DNA of 64,000 bases from Octopus vulgaris (Eukaryota), in NCBI GenBank assembly GCA_951406725.2, contig OX597819.1:119040001-119104000 (forward strand). The letters are read 5' to 3'. The translations under genes and the position numbers were made by a program. The notes below the pieces were generated by a model that was not told where the DNA came from, did no database searches, and saw nothing but the letters and a program-made list of their open reading frames with translations. Positions 13,301 through 26,299 of this stretch are shown in pieces (the first letter of the stretch is position 1; every line of letters starts with the position of its first letter).

Positions 13301-14862
13301 CCTTGTGATGTTATTTAAAGTTGCTGTTATTCTCGAATATCAATTACTCTATAACAAATGTTCTTTGCCATAATTATAGTTTTCTATTCCATCTTCTATG
13401 ATAATTACCCAGGAGCGTAATGCAAAAAACAAAAGTACAAAACAAATGATAATGGAAATTACTACAAATTAGTTCTTTTCTGATGATTTCTTTTCTTTTT
13501 TTTTTGTTTCATTTTGAAATTTTAATAACACAACACACGCAAAATTACAAATATTAGACATCAATTTGACAACGTTTTAGCATAAAACAGTTTTAAAACA
13601 AATAATATCCCTACTGACATCGCCTTATAATGTATATAATCTTCAATTCAGTAATAAAGTTTGAACTATTTGTTGGAAAGTATGCTTTAAAATTCTTCCG
13701 AATCATGTGCATCTGTACCTTGAATTATAAATAAAAAATTTTTTAAATGCTGAAGTTACCAAGTGTATTTACAATATTCTAATAAAGAAGAGGTATTAAT
13801 ATCACATATAAGCGTAATATTATTTGATTTTCTTTATTACATAAGACAAAATCAAGTCTGATTGACGGAATAAAGATATACACGTTTTAATGTTGAATTT
13901 GTACATCTTTAATTTCATAAAACTAACTTATGAAAGGCTACATATTAATCGGTTTCCTCCGTCATGTGTTAGTTTCCGATGGACATGCTAAGATACGGCA
14001 TACAGTCAAGCTCGATAAGCATTACTTTCAAATATTGTACATAAATACTCTTACATGAAAGGCCATCTTGGCAATAAGAAATACACCCATGGACTACAGA
14101 AACTTATTCAAACCCACACATAACTACAGCTGGTGATGACACAAACACCTTGGGAAATTGTGCTTTACAGTATCACTGACACTTCTATATGTCACTATAT
14201 TTTACAATGTGATAAACGGATACAGGCATTACTAAAATAGGATTTCCTTTACTGAGACACAATAAATGGAAGAAATTATTATGAATATTATCCAAAATCA
14301 AATATACTCCCTCCAACAGATTATCAAATATCATCTTCAGGTTATAAACCATCATATGTTTGTATTGACAGGAATCTCTGTACTAATTTTGCTGTACTAG
14401 GATTGGGTTATATATGCATCAAACTCTGCGGTGTATGCGGCGGGTGAGTATGGAAACGTTAAATCGGAAAATTCAAACCCCTTATGACTTCATCAGGGAT
14501 GGTTCAAAAGCGGATCTCCAAATTTTGAGATCATTTTCACATCGATGTTTTTTAAGGTATCAGAAAAAATATTCTAAACACTCCGTAAAATAAGTGGGCA
14601 AAGGACAATATCCAAGAAATAGATAAATCGATATATCTCTATGATTCACGAATGTATTACAATGTTGTTGTATTAATATATTCCTTATATTTGACATTCT
14701 TAGAAATATTAATCTCAATTGTTCATTTCCATTTATTGTCTATCGAATTTAGACCTAACTTTTTTTACTATTCTGCAACATAGTTGTTAGATTTGTTGTG
14801 TGTAGCCCCGATGGATACAGAAATTAGCGTTTATTTAAACATACCGGGGGTGAGGTGGCAGT

Positions 14863-15167
14863 GTGGAGGTATATGGCCTAGTGGTTAGAGCAGCGGACTC
14901 GCTTTCGAGGGATCGCTGGTTCGAATCTAAGACCAGGCGATGTGTGTACTTATGAGCGAAACACCTAAGCTCCACGCGGCTCCGACAGAAAGTAATGGTG
15001 AACTTCTGCTGGCTCTTTGGCCACAAAATTCTCTCACTCTTCCCTCCTGCCTTTTGCACCTCACCTGCGATGGTCCGGCGTCTCGTCCACGTGGGGAACC
15101 TATACGCCAAGGAAACCGGGAAACCGGCCCTGATGAACCAGGGATGGCACGAGAAGGAACAAACAAG
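14863..15167 (+). mobile_element. tRNA-derived SINE, tail type 1
   Basis: A box TGGCCTAGTGGTTAG, B box GGTTCGAATC, then GAGCGAAACACCTAAGCTCCACG shared with the 17048, 36808 and 42832 copies. Confidence 0.85.
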
Positions 15168-17047
15168 GTAACAATATTGTTAGCACGTCGAACCTAATGC
15201 TTAGCGGTATTTTGCGCGTAGCTACGTTCTGAGTTCAACTTCCACCAAGATCGACTTTACCTTTCATGCTTTCGGTATCGATAAAATAAGTAGTAGTTGA
15301 AACATCCCTATCCCATAATGGCTGCCCTTGTGGCAAAATTTGAAACAATTATTTTAATTCAACGAATATGTTGCACGTTTAACTGCATACTTTTCACAAT
15401 CGCACAAACATATATGTTTCCTTTGATGACAAGCATAGCGTAAGCATTATCACACATTCTCGCCCATGGAAAGATATACAAAGTGAGTATATGTTGGTGC
15501 TGTTATATACGTCATGTTTTCATAAGCCCATTCGATAATGCATTGAAACTTTCTATTTTCAATGTTAAGATAGGTTTAACTGCAATGCTATAGAATACAT
15601 TCATATTATTCTTGGCTGGAGAAGAATGGGAAGGACTGAAATGCGTTAACACCAGTAAACTATTTCAGTTGTTGGAGTTGACAGCCAGAGGTCAGTGTTG
15701 TACAAGAATTAAAATGTAGGCGATGAAACAAAAGATTTGTCACACTAAAGGTGAGATAACGTAAATGTTACGGTGTGTTATTTATTAAGGTTACACGAGT
15801 TGGGTTTCGCAAGGAAAGGAGATAAGGAATGCCATTTCCGCAGTTACAAAGGTGAAGATGTAACAATTGACAGGGAAGCAGTGTGTTGGAGAAAGATAGA
15901 GAGATAGATTGAAGTAGCGTGTTGAATATTAGAATAAGGAGAGGATTAACATTGTTCACATTTAGCAATGGTTGAAACTACTGGAAGATGTCTTGTCAAG
16001 AGATATAACTACACATATTGGTATCAACAGATAGTGATTGTAATCTGTAGGTATATATTTGTGGTAGAAGTGGAGCTATTAGAAAAGCAATATTTGGATC
16101 AAAATTGGCCTGTGTTTAGAAATCTCGCATTCTATATGTAGAAGATTTCAAATTGGGACATTGTCGAATTATTTTGGTGTAGTTAAGATGAAGAGGATGT
16201 TTGAGATTTTCCTTTCTACAGACACATTCGGTAGTGTTGTTATAACTGGTTTTACTAATATTCCGTGATAGAAAAAGCAGTACCTTTTATAGATAGTAGA
16301 TAAATATTCTCTATACATTGTTATGTTTACCATAGACATATTAGATTAGGATTGAGGTAATCATTCCAGAGAATTGAGAGTGTGCAGTTAGATATTTATT
16401 CAGTGGTTGTCAAAACGGAAATAATGTTTCGGAAACCCATAATGTATAGATTTGAACAAGAAACTTTCGTAATTTAAGAATAAAACGTTTAGTACGCTCA
16501 ACAATGTCAGGAATAAAGTTCTAAAATTACGACACAGCTGACATAGCCTTTGAGCACCTATGTAAAAGATGATATCTTAGTTATATAAATAAAATATTAA
16601 AACATTTGCATTTGCGCAATTGTGCTAATTCTGCAGTGAGCTTATACTTGTATATGAGTTTGTTTTGTTATTCGCATGTGCGTGCAGATGTGCTGCTGTC
16701 TCTGTGTGCACTTGTGTGTGCGAGTGCGCATATGCCCGCCTGTCTGTGTACACACATATATACAGATGTCACCACAAGTACGAGGGCGCACTTCTATGTA
16801 TCTTTCCTTGTGTCGGTGGTGTCCGCGCTGATTCTCTTACATCACTATATTTCTAGAAAGAGAGGCAACGATGCACTTATGAGAACCGACTCGTGTATTT
16901 GCAACACTGTGTCTTATGTGTGAAATGCCAAAATATTAATTCTAAACTGTTTCAGTATAACGATAAGTTGATCTTTGTCATGTTCATACTATATCGACGA
17001 TTTTCTTTCTTTCATTTTTCTCCCACCAATATCTATTTAATCCCTTA

Positions 17048-17424
17048 GGAGGTGCAATGGCCCAGTGGTTAGGGCAGCGGACTCGCGGTCATAGGATTGC
17101 GGTTTCGATTCCCAGACCGGGCATTGAGAGTGTTTATTGAGCGAAAACACCTAAAGCTTCACAAGGCTCCTGCAGGGGGGGGGGGTGAACCCTGGTGTAC
17201 TTTTTCACCACAACTTTCTCTCACTCTTTCTTCCTGTTTCTGTTTTACCTGTATTTCAAAGGGCCAGCCTTGTCACACTCTGTGTCACGCTGAATCTCCT
17301 CGAGAACTATGTTAAGGGTACACGTGTCTGTGTTATGCTCAGCCACTTGCATTTAATTCCACGAGCAAGCTGTTCCGTTGATCGTATCAGCTGGGACCCT
17401 CATCGTCGTAACCGACGGAGTGCT
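17048..17424 (+). mobile_element. tRNA-derived SINE, tail type 2
   Basis: GGAGGTGCAATGGCCCAGTGGTTAGGGCAGCGGACTCGCGG... ending CATCGTCGTAACCGACGGAGTGC; full-length match to 36808-37187. Confidence 0.9.
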
Positions 17425-19265
17425 CCTATATTTAATCCCTCCAAGATATTTCAGAAGTGTACACCATTTTCGAGTTTTTATATTCACCTTTCTTAGATGA
17501 TATGCAGTAGACTACATTTCTGGTTGTATAGTTAACTCTAGCCTTAAAAAAACATACTAAGCAGTTCTAATCCGTAGACGAGGTCTTTTTAAAGAGGTAT
17601 GTATTACATAGTTATGATTAAGTAGATAGCCCTCATTTCTTTTCGATTTCAATCTTAGCCTATATAAGACCATTTCTAAAAGTACAAGCTACTTCCCATA
17701 GGAAATGGTCTTTACAAGTACTACCTCTTGGGACTTGTTTCTGTTCTACCATGTGCTTATTATGTTTATCTTGTTTGCAAATAGGAGATATTTCTGGGAT
17801 GAGGTAACGAATATAGCTGGAAGTATATTAAACAGCTTCTAGAATGTTTAACCAACGAATTAAAGAAACGATCGCTTAGTTCTTCAGAGAGGTAACCAAG
17901 TAAACGATTAACACAAAAGTGTGAAATAAAAAATAATAATTATCATTATCATCATCATTATTATCATTATTGTTGTTGTTGTTCTAGTTGTTGATGATAT
18001 TGTTGATGTTGTTGTTGCTGCTGCTGCTGCTGTTGTTGTTCTTGTTGTTGTTGTTGTTGGTGGTGGTGCTGTTGTTATTGTTAACACATACTTAATGAAT
18101 ATACATTGAGTATATATGCTATTAATATTTATTTTACTAGAGCTGCTTGTGTTTCATATATATGTATATGTTAGTGTATGTGTGTATGTGTTTGTTTTTT
18201 GTGCGCGTGCGTACGTGTGCGTGCGTACGTGTGTGTGTGTGTATACTTATCTATATATATATATAGTTATTGTATATACTTATCTATATATATAGTTATT
18301 GTATATACTTATCTATATATATAGTTATGGCCTGCTCGCTTAGCCAGCGGGGTGGCGTCATTCGAAGGCTAAAACAATGCGAAGCGCATTGTGACCAGCG
18401 ATGTGTAAAACATTTGATGGTCTGGTCGGTCAAGTGATCACGTTATAATTTACAGAAACATATATATGTTTGGTGATGCAAACCGGAAATTAGAATTCAA
18501 AACATCATTTTGTATATATTTATCCATTGATAATCGAATGAAGTTACAGAGTTACTCAGATTGGAGTGTTCCGTGTGTTATATTTTCTGCACTTATATCG
18601 GTTTATCAGTTTTACATGTGTAAATTATGTGGTCGATCTTACCACTCACATACATTAATATACTTATTCACAACCAGAGAGAAGAGAACTTTCACAAAGA
18701 ATCACAGTTGCTGTAATATCACACACACGGACAAAAGCATTTGTAGATAGAATAATAGGAAAAAAATGAAAGCAACGTAGGTATGTTGTCGCGATAAGTA
18801 TACAAACATAGAAGGTTATTCCTAGTAATGAGGCAAAGAAATATCTGTAGTAAGGCGAAATGCATGTATAATATATGCGATGATTTTGAAAAACAATATT
18901 CTGTTGAGTTGAAAACCTCAATTAAAAATTTATACGATGTCGAAAGCAAAGTGTCAGAGATTGATCAACTAAAGATATAATATGATTTCTATGCGAAATT
19001 TAATTTACGAAGAAAATAATGACTTATATATGTGTGGGCGCGAACACTTCATTATAAGTTTAGAGTACAAAATTAGTCCTGGAAAGAATGTAATAATATA
19101 TTTGCGACACATTTTCATTGTCATATGCAAGTAAATACTCTACAACTAAATGCCTGAGTATTTATAGTTGCTTGTGTGTGTATATGCATGTGTTTGTCTG
19201 TGTCTCTATAAGCTATGCACATAAATGAGTATAAGTGTACATATATTCGTGCACAAACACACACA

Positions 19266-19299
<34 letters not shown>

Positions 19300-19346
19300 C
19301 ACACACACATATATATATATATATATACATACATACATACATACAT

Positions 19347-19379
<33 letters not shown>

Positions 19380-21177
19380 CATACATACATACATACATAC
19401 ATACATACATAATTGCATACATATGGTATGTCTGTCAATATGTCTTACCCGGAACATAATAAAAACTAGAAACGGAAATAATTTTAAAGCTGTAATGCTC
19501 TTCCTTATCGAAATTTAAAAAAAATTAAAACTAAATACACCCGTTCCTTATAAACATACATTTTAACTATAGTTATACTTAAAAATATAACAGAACATAC
19601 GACTTATTTTCACAAAGTGGCGTCCATTGCTTTACTGCTGTATATGTAATATTTTAAACGCAGAATTTTAAAGAAACTGGTCGAAAGTGATATGTTCATC
19701 TTGTTTTCATGCAAAATTGTTTAAAGTGAAAATACCCCCCACCACACACACACACAAAGGCGAGTTTGAGACTATGAGTAGAGATGTCAGCGTTGTAATC
19801 ATGTGTTTCTGGATGTATTGTAAAAATTTGTTATATCTAAAGCAGTTTGTGTGTAATAACGTATGCTCTAAAATTTGAACATAGAGACTATTTTTCTTTC
19901 TATATATTCAATATTCATTAATATCAATTTTCCTGATCTTAGGATGTAAACAAAAAACCCTGCACTATAGAGGAGTGTATTTTCCGCTGAGCCTGTTTCA
20001 GTGTCTAAAATGGTCGGCATAAACGGGATTAGTGATAAAGCAAAAACACAAGAAGAATGTTTAGTTTATAACGTGTATTTCTAAACAGTATTTTTCGGAA
20101 AATAGTAAGATTCTACTTGACAGTTATCGAAGGAAAAGCCATTAGAATTATTGGTTTTTGAGGAACTATAAGATGATTAATTTTTGTGTGGGTTGGGGAT
20201 GAGGATATTTCAAGAAATGTTTCTTGTTCTTGTCATTTTAATTATATTTAAGCTATAGATTTTATAACATTTACGCTTATGCAAGTAATGATTATTAGTA
20301 ATTAAACAAAAAAACCTAAAATATGGCATCTTATAAATTGACAGAGAATTAAAGTAAACCATTATTTTTCTAGCGAAAAGTTTTCAGTTAATTTTCAGTT
20401 TTTTATACATTCGAACTTCGTTGTATCATATTTACGTTTGTAGCTAAGTCCACTTCTATATAAATCATTCAATGGATTCTTTAATAAAACTTTTGCTGAA
20501 TCTCAAACTGTATATCTATTCTTGAATATCAAATATTCTGTTATCTCCAGCGTACTTTTATCACACTCCCGCATCATTTCTTTCTTCTTAATCATCAATG
20601 TTGCCCTCAGCCATTCTATCAACGCACATACAGTTTTGTCTGTAGCTCCGAGGAAGCCAGCATGAGCGAAAGAAATTTATAAACTTATAAGCTAATTTAT
20701 AAATAAATATATTTATATTTACTTTCTGAAACACTGAGTACTTTATTTACTGTGTGAAAAAAAACTTTCTGATGAAAAAAATATTTATCTGAATCAATCT
20801 TCTTGTAGCGCTTTTTATAAATGAAATGCTAAGCATACAGAAAGAGCAAAACTACTTATCAGTAACAAAAAGTTATATTTCACCTAAAATATATATATAA
20901 TAAAAGCCTGCAGCGGAAGACTGTCATTTTTATTAATAGACTTATCTAGCGAGCTTTATATTCTTTTATAAACATGAAGTCAATTAGTATGATATCAATA
21001 AATCTTTATCCACGTCTAACATATAATGCAAGTTTTAATTCTAATGTGAATAGGCCATTTGCATTAACATATCTTGAAAAATTCCTCGATAGAGAATTAT
21101 TTTCGGTTTAATTTACGGAGAACATGGGTAATTACAATATTAACCCTGTCGACTTACAGTCATGAGACATTAATATA

Positions 21178-21420
21178 TTAGCTTGTCCGGAAAGTCCGTG
21201 CCGATATGTTTTTTTTAGAACATGGTTGAGTCCATAAAATATGATTTGACTACACCTCCATTTAGAGCACAGTTTATGCTATCTTTTCGGGGAAGAAGAT
21301 TTATGTTCCTACAACCTGTGTTAATTGTGAAACCCTTTAAAATGGAAGACAAGAAAGTTCATTTTCGGCACTTGATGCTTTTCTTTTTCCGTAAAGGGAA
21401 ACATGTCTCACAAGCGTGTC
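21178..21420 (+). mobile_element. Mariner transposon 5' fragment (TIR-like end and transposase N-terminus)
   Basis: TA followed by TTAGCTTGTCCGGAAAGTCCGTGCCGAT; from 21342 MEDKKVHFRHLMLFFFRKGKHVSQAC, a mariner N-terminal HTH start. Confidence 0.75.
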
Positions 21421-22896
21421 CTTGTACATTTTTTGTATGTGCATTTTGTGTGCGTGTACGTGGGTTTGCTTACTGCAAAGTTTGCACCCATGATTTTTCT
21501 GAATTTGTTTTTCGTTTATACAATTACATTTTTCTCATTCTGTCTGTGTGTGTCTTGTTTGAATTTGTGTGTTTTGCTTTTCATTTTTGTATTTGTCTTT
21601 ACTTTCTTCTATTCTGTCGTTAGTCATCAAGTTGCAAAGTGTCGTGGAGTAGAGGGATGTTATTCCATTTATGTTTTGCTTTGAATCTCGGTCTGTCTAT
21701 TACTATATGTATGACCTCTGTAATCTGTAATCTGTCAACTATGCGTATGCCCAATCTGTTCTATTTCATGATAAAGACTTAACACCTATGTCATTAACCG
21801 ATCCTCCATGTTCTGAGTATGTTGTTAGAACACTGACAAGCTTTTCTCCTCATGGAGCCCCTGCGAGTGTTCACTTCCCGCTCGTCTATGCTACCGGTTG
21901 CCTCCCTAGGGTATGTTGTTGTCCCGTTTGTGCACCATCCCCCTGTACACTATATATTACAGTCTACATTCCTACAGTTGACTTGTGGTTTCATCCAACA
22001 TACTATAAATTTCTGAAATATACATAGAGCCTTTCAAAAGGTGTGTGTGTGTTTAAGCGTAGAGTCGTATGGTTTCAAGGTTAATGGATTCCACTCATTA
22101 TCGTAAAATTGTTGTTTCGACTGCCGGCTTTGTCGATGTGTTTTGTTCTTGAAAAAAATCCTTTGATGAATTTCCCATTATTTTGGTAGTGACAAATGAG
22201 TAACATTGCGACGGGCAAGAGATATATATGCCACAGAATCCAGAAAACTTTCTCTGTGATCCTAGGGCTCGGGTGGTACCTTTGCTCCATTTTATCTACA
22301 TACATACATGAATGTATAAATAACTTATGAAGAAGACTTGACAAATCCCTTTCATTGAACGGCAGTGCTTCATTGATGGCATATATTTTGTAGCAAATGT
22401 AAAGATTAAATATGTATGTGAAGTGGGCGAACAATGAAAATATTTGAAAGAGGTGGCGCTAGACATTACCATTTGGTGCTAAAATGCTTCTGGCTCTCAC
22501 CGTCATTTTGCTAATGGTAATAAAGTGAGTGGTTTAAATTTCTGGTACAAAGTGGGCTTCTTTAGAAGACAGGCATTCGATTACACAGTCCTTCTTCTGT
22601 GGTTGGTAATGTTGCATAATCTACCTGAATTTTATTTCAGGTTGTAAAGAATTGGAAAATACACCGCAAGGCAATCCGGCTGAATTCCCTGTCTTAAATT
22701 ATAATGATATTAGTTTCAAATTTTGACACCTGGCCAGCATTATCAGATGTGGGAATAAATTGGTCACATCGACCAATGTACTTAATTGATAATTAGCTTT
22801 TCGACTCCACAAATGAATGAATATCAAATTTGACCACAGCGCCAAGCTGTGTTTGAACTCAGAACGTAAAATCGGACGAAATATAATATTGCTAAT

Positions 22897-23029
22897 TAGG
22901 AGTGGCTACCAACAACATTGTTCCGGGTTCAGTCCCACTGCGTGAGCGACTGTCTTTCACTTTATTCTCGGGCCGATCAAAGCCCTGTGAGTTGATTTGG
23001 TAGTCAGAAACTGAAAGAAGCCCGTCGTC

Positions 23030-23071
<42 letters not shown>

Positions 23072-23335
23072 TGTGTGTGTGTGTGTGTGTTTGTGTGAGT
23101 GTGTGTGTGTGTGTGTGTGTGCGTTTGTGTGTGTGTGTTTGTCCCCCCCCCAACGTCGCTTGACAAAAGATGGTGGTGTGTTTGCGTTCCCGTAACCTAG
23201 AGGTTCGGTAAAAGAGACCGATATAATAAGTACTAGGCTTACAAAGAATAAGTCCTGAAATCGATTTGCTCGGCTAAAGTCGGTGCTCAAACATGGCTGC
23301 AGTCAAATGACTGAAACAAGTAAAAGAGTAAAAGC
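22897..23335 (+). mobile_element. SINE family with internal microsatellite and CR1-like 3' tail
   Basis: GGTTCAGTCCCACTGCGTG...GAAACTGAAAGAAGCCCGTCG-(TG)n-...CATGGCTGCAGTCAAATGACTGAAACAAGTAAAAGAG. Confidence 0.85.
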
Positions 23336-24105
23336 GAGAGAAAATTGAGCTGGGTGCATTAACGGTTCCGTCGGCTCACTGCCATTTTTAATGGTAATGA
23401 GAGTAATAAGAAGAGTAAGGCAACGAGGTGTCTGGAATGCTAGCACGCCGGTCAAAATGCTTAGCTTCATTTTGTCCATCTGGGTTCAAATTCCGCAAAG
23501 ATCACTTTTCCTTCCAACCACTTGTAGTCGACAAAATGAATACTAGTTGAATACTGGGGTAGTTTAATCGACTTATTGCCCTCTCATAAACTGGTGGCCT
23601 TTTCCCACAATTGGAATCTGCTATGAAAGGTTTCATATTTTCTCACCAACCTTTGGCAAGATTTGAATTGATACTTATATTGTGGGGATAAATACCTATA
23701 TACATTTTGTGTGACGATCTAACATGCCTGCCATAGCAACACATTTATTTTATTCATCTATATATGTTAGGAGAAAATTATTTGCGAAATTTGTTGAAGA
23801 AACAGGATCAATAATTTTCAGAATCTGACATTTTTGACCTGAAGAATTTGAAATAAATAAGAAGCCAGATAGTAATATATTCAGCGCTTCGTTCAATTTT
23901 GCATTTTCCACATTAGTTTAAGCTATATGGGAGCTATTTACGAATGAGTTCTCATTTCAAATACGTAAACACAAATGTTTTGTTTGCACTTGTGAATTGT
24001 CGTGGTAATCACATCATCACACACTTCGGCGCTTCTGTTAGCCTTTATGAATTACAAAGCCATTACAATTTGCTTATTCATGTATACACCCCAAAGCACA
24101 CACAG

Positions 24106-24184
<79 letters not shown>

Positions 24185-24474
24185 ATGTGGAGTTTAGTTC
24201 ACTAGTGATCTAAACGAACGAATAGGTACGCTGGGTAAATGCTATAATTGGTAATCCGTTCGGTTCCTAAGTCACAACTGAGGCTGGAGCTAGGGCTCCG
24301 TAGTTGGCTTTCGTGGTAGGAGGTATATATTTTAGAGGAAAATATTAGAGCAAAAAGGACAACAAAATCCAAGGCAGGACGAGTATTTCGAGTCACTTAC
24401 AATATTTAATTTAATTAGAGTAACGTGAATTAGAAATAATCAATTAATTAATTAGTAAATTAATTAAGAATTGG

Positions 24475-24552
24475 ATTCTTGCGGCTGCTTCTGGGATATA
24501 CCGAGTGATAGGTTAGCATCTCCATACACTGGGTATTCTGTCATGAGAGACA
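24475..24552 (-). ncRNA. Decayed hammerhead of the 11476 family
   Basis: Minus: TCT CTCATGA CAGAATACC...GGTATATCCC A GAAGC AGCC GCA AGA. Colinear with 11476-11529 but with several core substitutions. Confidence 0.45.
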
Positions 24553-24645
24553 AGATATGTATGTATGCTAGTTCTAGACAGAGAATTCAAAGTTTAATGT
24601 ACGTTAAGGAATAAAGAGTAAAACAGTAAGTATATATATATATAC

Positions 24646-24810
24646 ATAGAAGAACTACGCAAAATACCACTAAGCACACACCTAGCTACATGTGGAGAAG
24701 GAAAATTTAAGATCTTTCCCTTCTACAAGTGTCCGAAGAACGACACCTCTTTCAGGAGGAATATGGAAAAACATTTCATAGCTAAGTTCTCCCCCAAATT
24801 AAATGGCTGA
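24646..24810 (+). pseudogene. C-terminal fragment of a PLE GIY-YIG endonuclease (below the ORF-track length cutoff)
   Basis: Manual translation IEELRKIPLSTHLATCGEGKFKIFPFYKCPKNDTSFRRNMEKHFIAKFSPKLNG*, with the terminal R..E..FI..F.P.LN signature. Confidence 0.75.
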
Positions 24811-24825
24811 AACTTTACTCAACAT

Positions 24826-24885
24826 ACATTGAAGGACAAATCTTTCGATTTACAATATAATATAGTAGAACATTTAATATATGTT

Positions 24886-24944
<59 letters not shown>

Positions 24945-25420
24945 TGTGTGTGTATATATATGTTACCTGTTATATACATTATATTGTTTGTGTAATTTAC
25001 TTGATGTTTACTTGCCAATTGTCATTCTAATTTTAACCTTCCTATGATATGCAATTTTCAAGATGGTGTAATTTGATTGTTCATTTTTATTCGATAGAAG
25101 GTGGGTTTTTCTCTAATATTTCATGTGTAATCATGTATATATATATATATAGTGACATTGAAGGATGCATCTTTCGATTTACAATCTAATATAGTAGAAC
25201 ATTTAGTATATGTCTGTAGGTGTATATATATATATCTGTGTATGTATATATATATATATTGCCTGTTATATACATTATATTATTATCTTTATAATTTACT
25301 TCCATCTTTACTTTTTAATTGTCACTTTAATTTTAACTTTCCTATGATATACAATTTTCAAGATGGTGTAATTTGGTTGTTCATTTTGAACCGATAAAAG
25401 GTTTTTTCAAATATTTTATG
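24826..25420 (+). repeat. Diverged tandem duplication (~330-bp spacing) downstream of the PLE fragment, pLTR-like
   Basis: ACATTGAAGGA...TCTTTCGATTTACAAT...GCAATTTTCAAGATGGTGTAATTTG (second copy ACAATTTTC...) at ~24826 and ~25155. Confidence 0.75.
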
Positions 25421-26201
25421 TATAAGTCTGTGTGTGTATATATATGTAGTGGTATAAATATCAACACAAAAAAAAAAAAAAATTTTTAATGTTTTTGCGT
25501 CTCCATTTCCTCCCTTAGTTTTATTTATTTTTTATTTTTATTTTTATATTTATTTTTATTTTTATTTTCCCTTTTCTCTTTTTGTCTCTCTCCCCTTCTC
25601 CAAACACACAGAGACACACACACACACGCACACAAACACACACGGACACAGAGAGACACACACACACACCTCCACTAAACGATTATACAAAGTAGTTCTT
25701 TTGACCCCAAATGGCATATACTCAAAATCATAAAAGGTGTAATTTATGGCCAGCCTACCCACCAACACACACTCAGTGACACCAAAATGGACAGAGAGCT
25801 AAAATTCTTAGAACTCCCTACGGGGTCCAGCAGGCCAAAGGAAATCCTTCTTCTTCTTCTTCTACTTCCCTCCCCCTTCCCCTCTTTCTCTTTAGCCTCA
25901 GATACAAACGCACACACACACACATACACACACACACACATACACATACATGCATGTTCTCTCTCTCTCACTTCCTCCTCATCCGCCTCATCCTCTTATA
26001 CTGTCTTGTTCCTCCCCACTACTACGAAACTCTATAAAATGATCAAATTCCCCACAAAGGAATTAATTTGATTTGAAAACCCCACTAGAATGGGAGAAAG
26101 CGCTAATAATCTGAATGATATGATATATATATGTAAAAAATGTAATATATAAATAAATATCTATAAATATGAACCATCCGATCTTCTGATTACCTCATTT
26201 C

Positions 26202-26299
<98 letters not shown>

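Noticed and set aside
14863-14940. tRNA genes at SINE heads
   Set aside because: A/B boxes continue into SINE bodies and the cloverleafs are imperfect.
22080-22460. Possible third GIY-YIG remnant (GIYF...KYVCEVG)
   Set aside because: Requires several frameshifts; too decayed to support.
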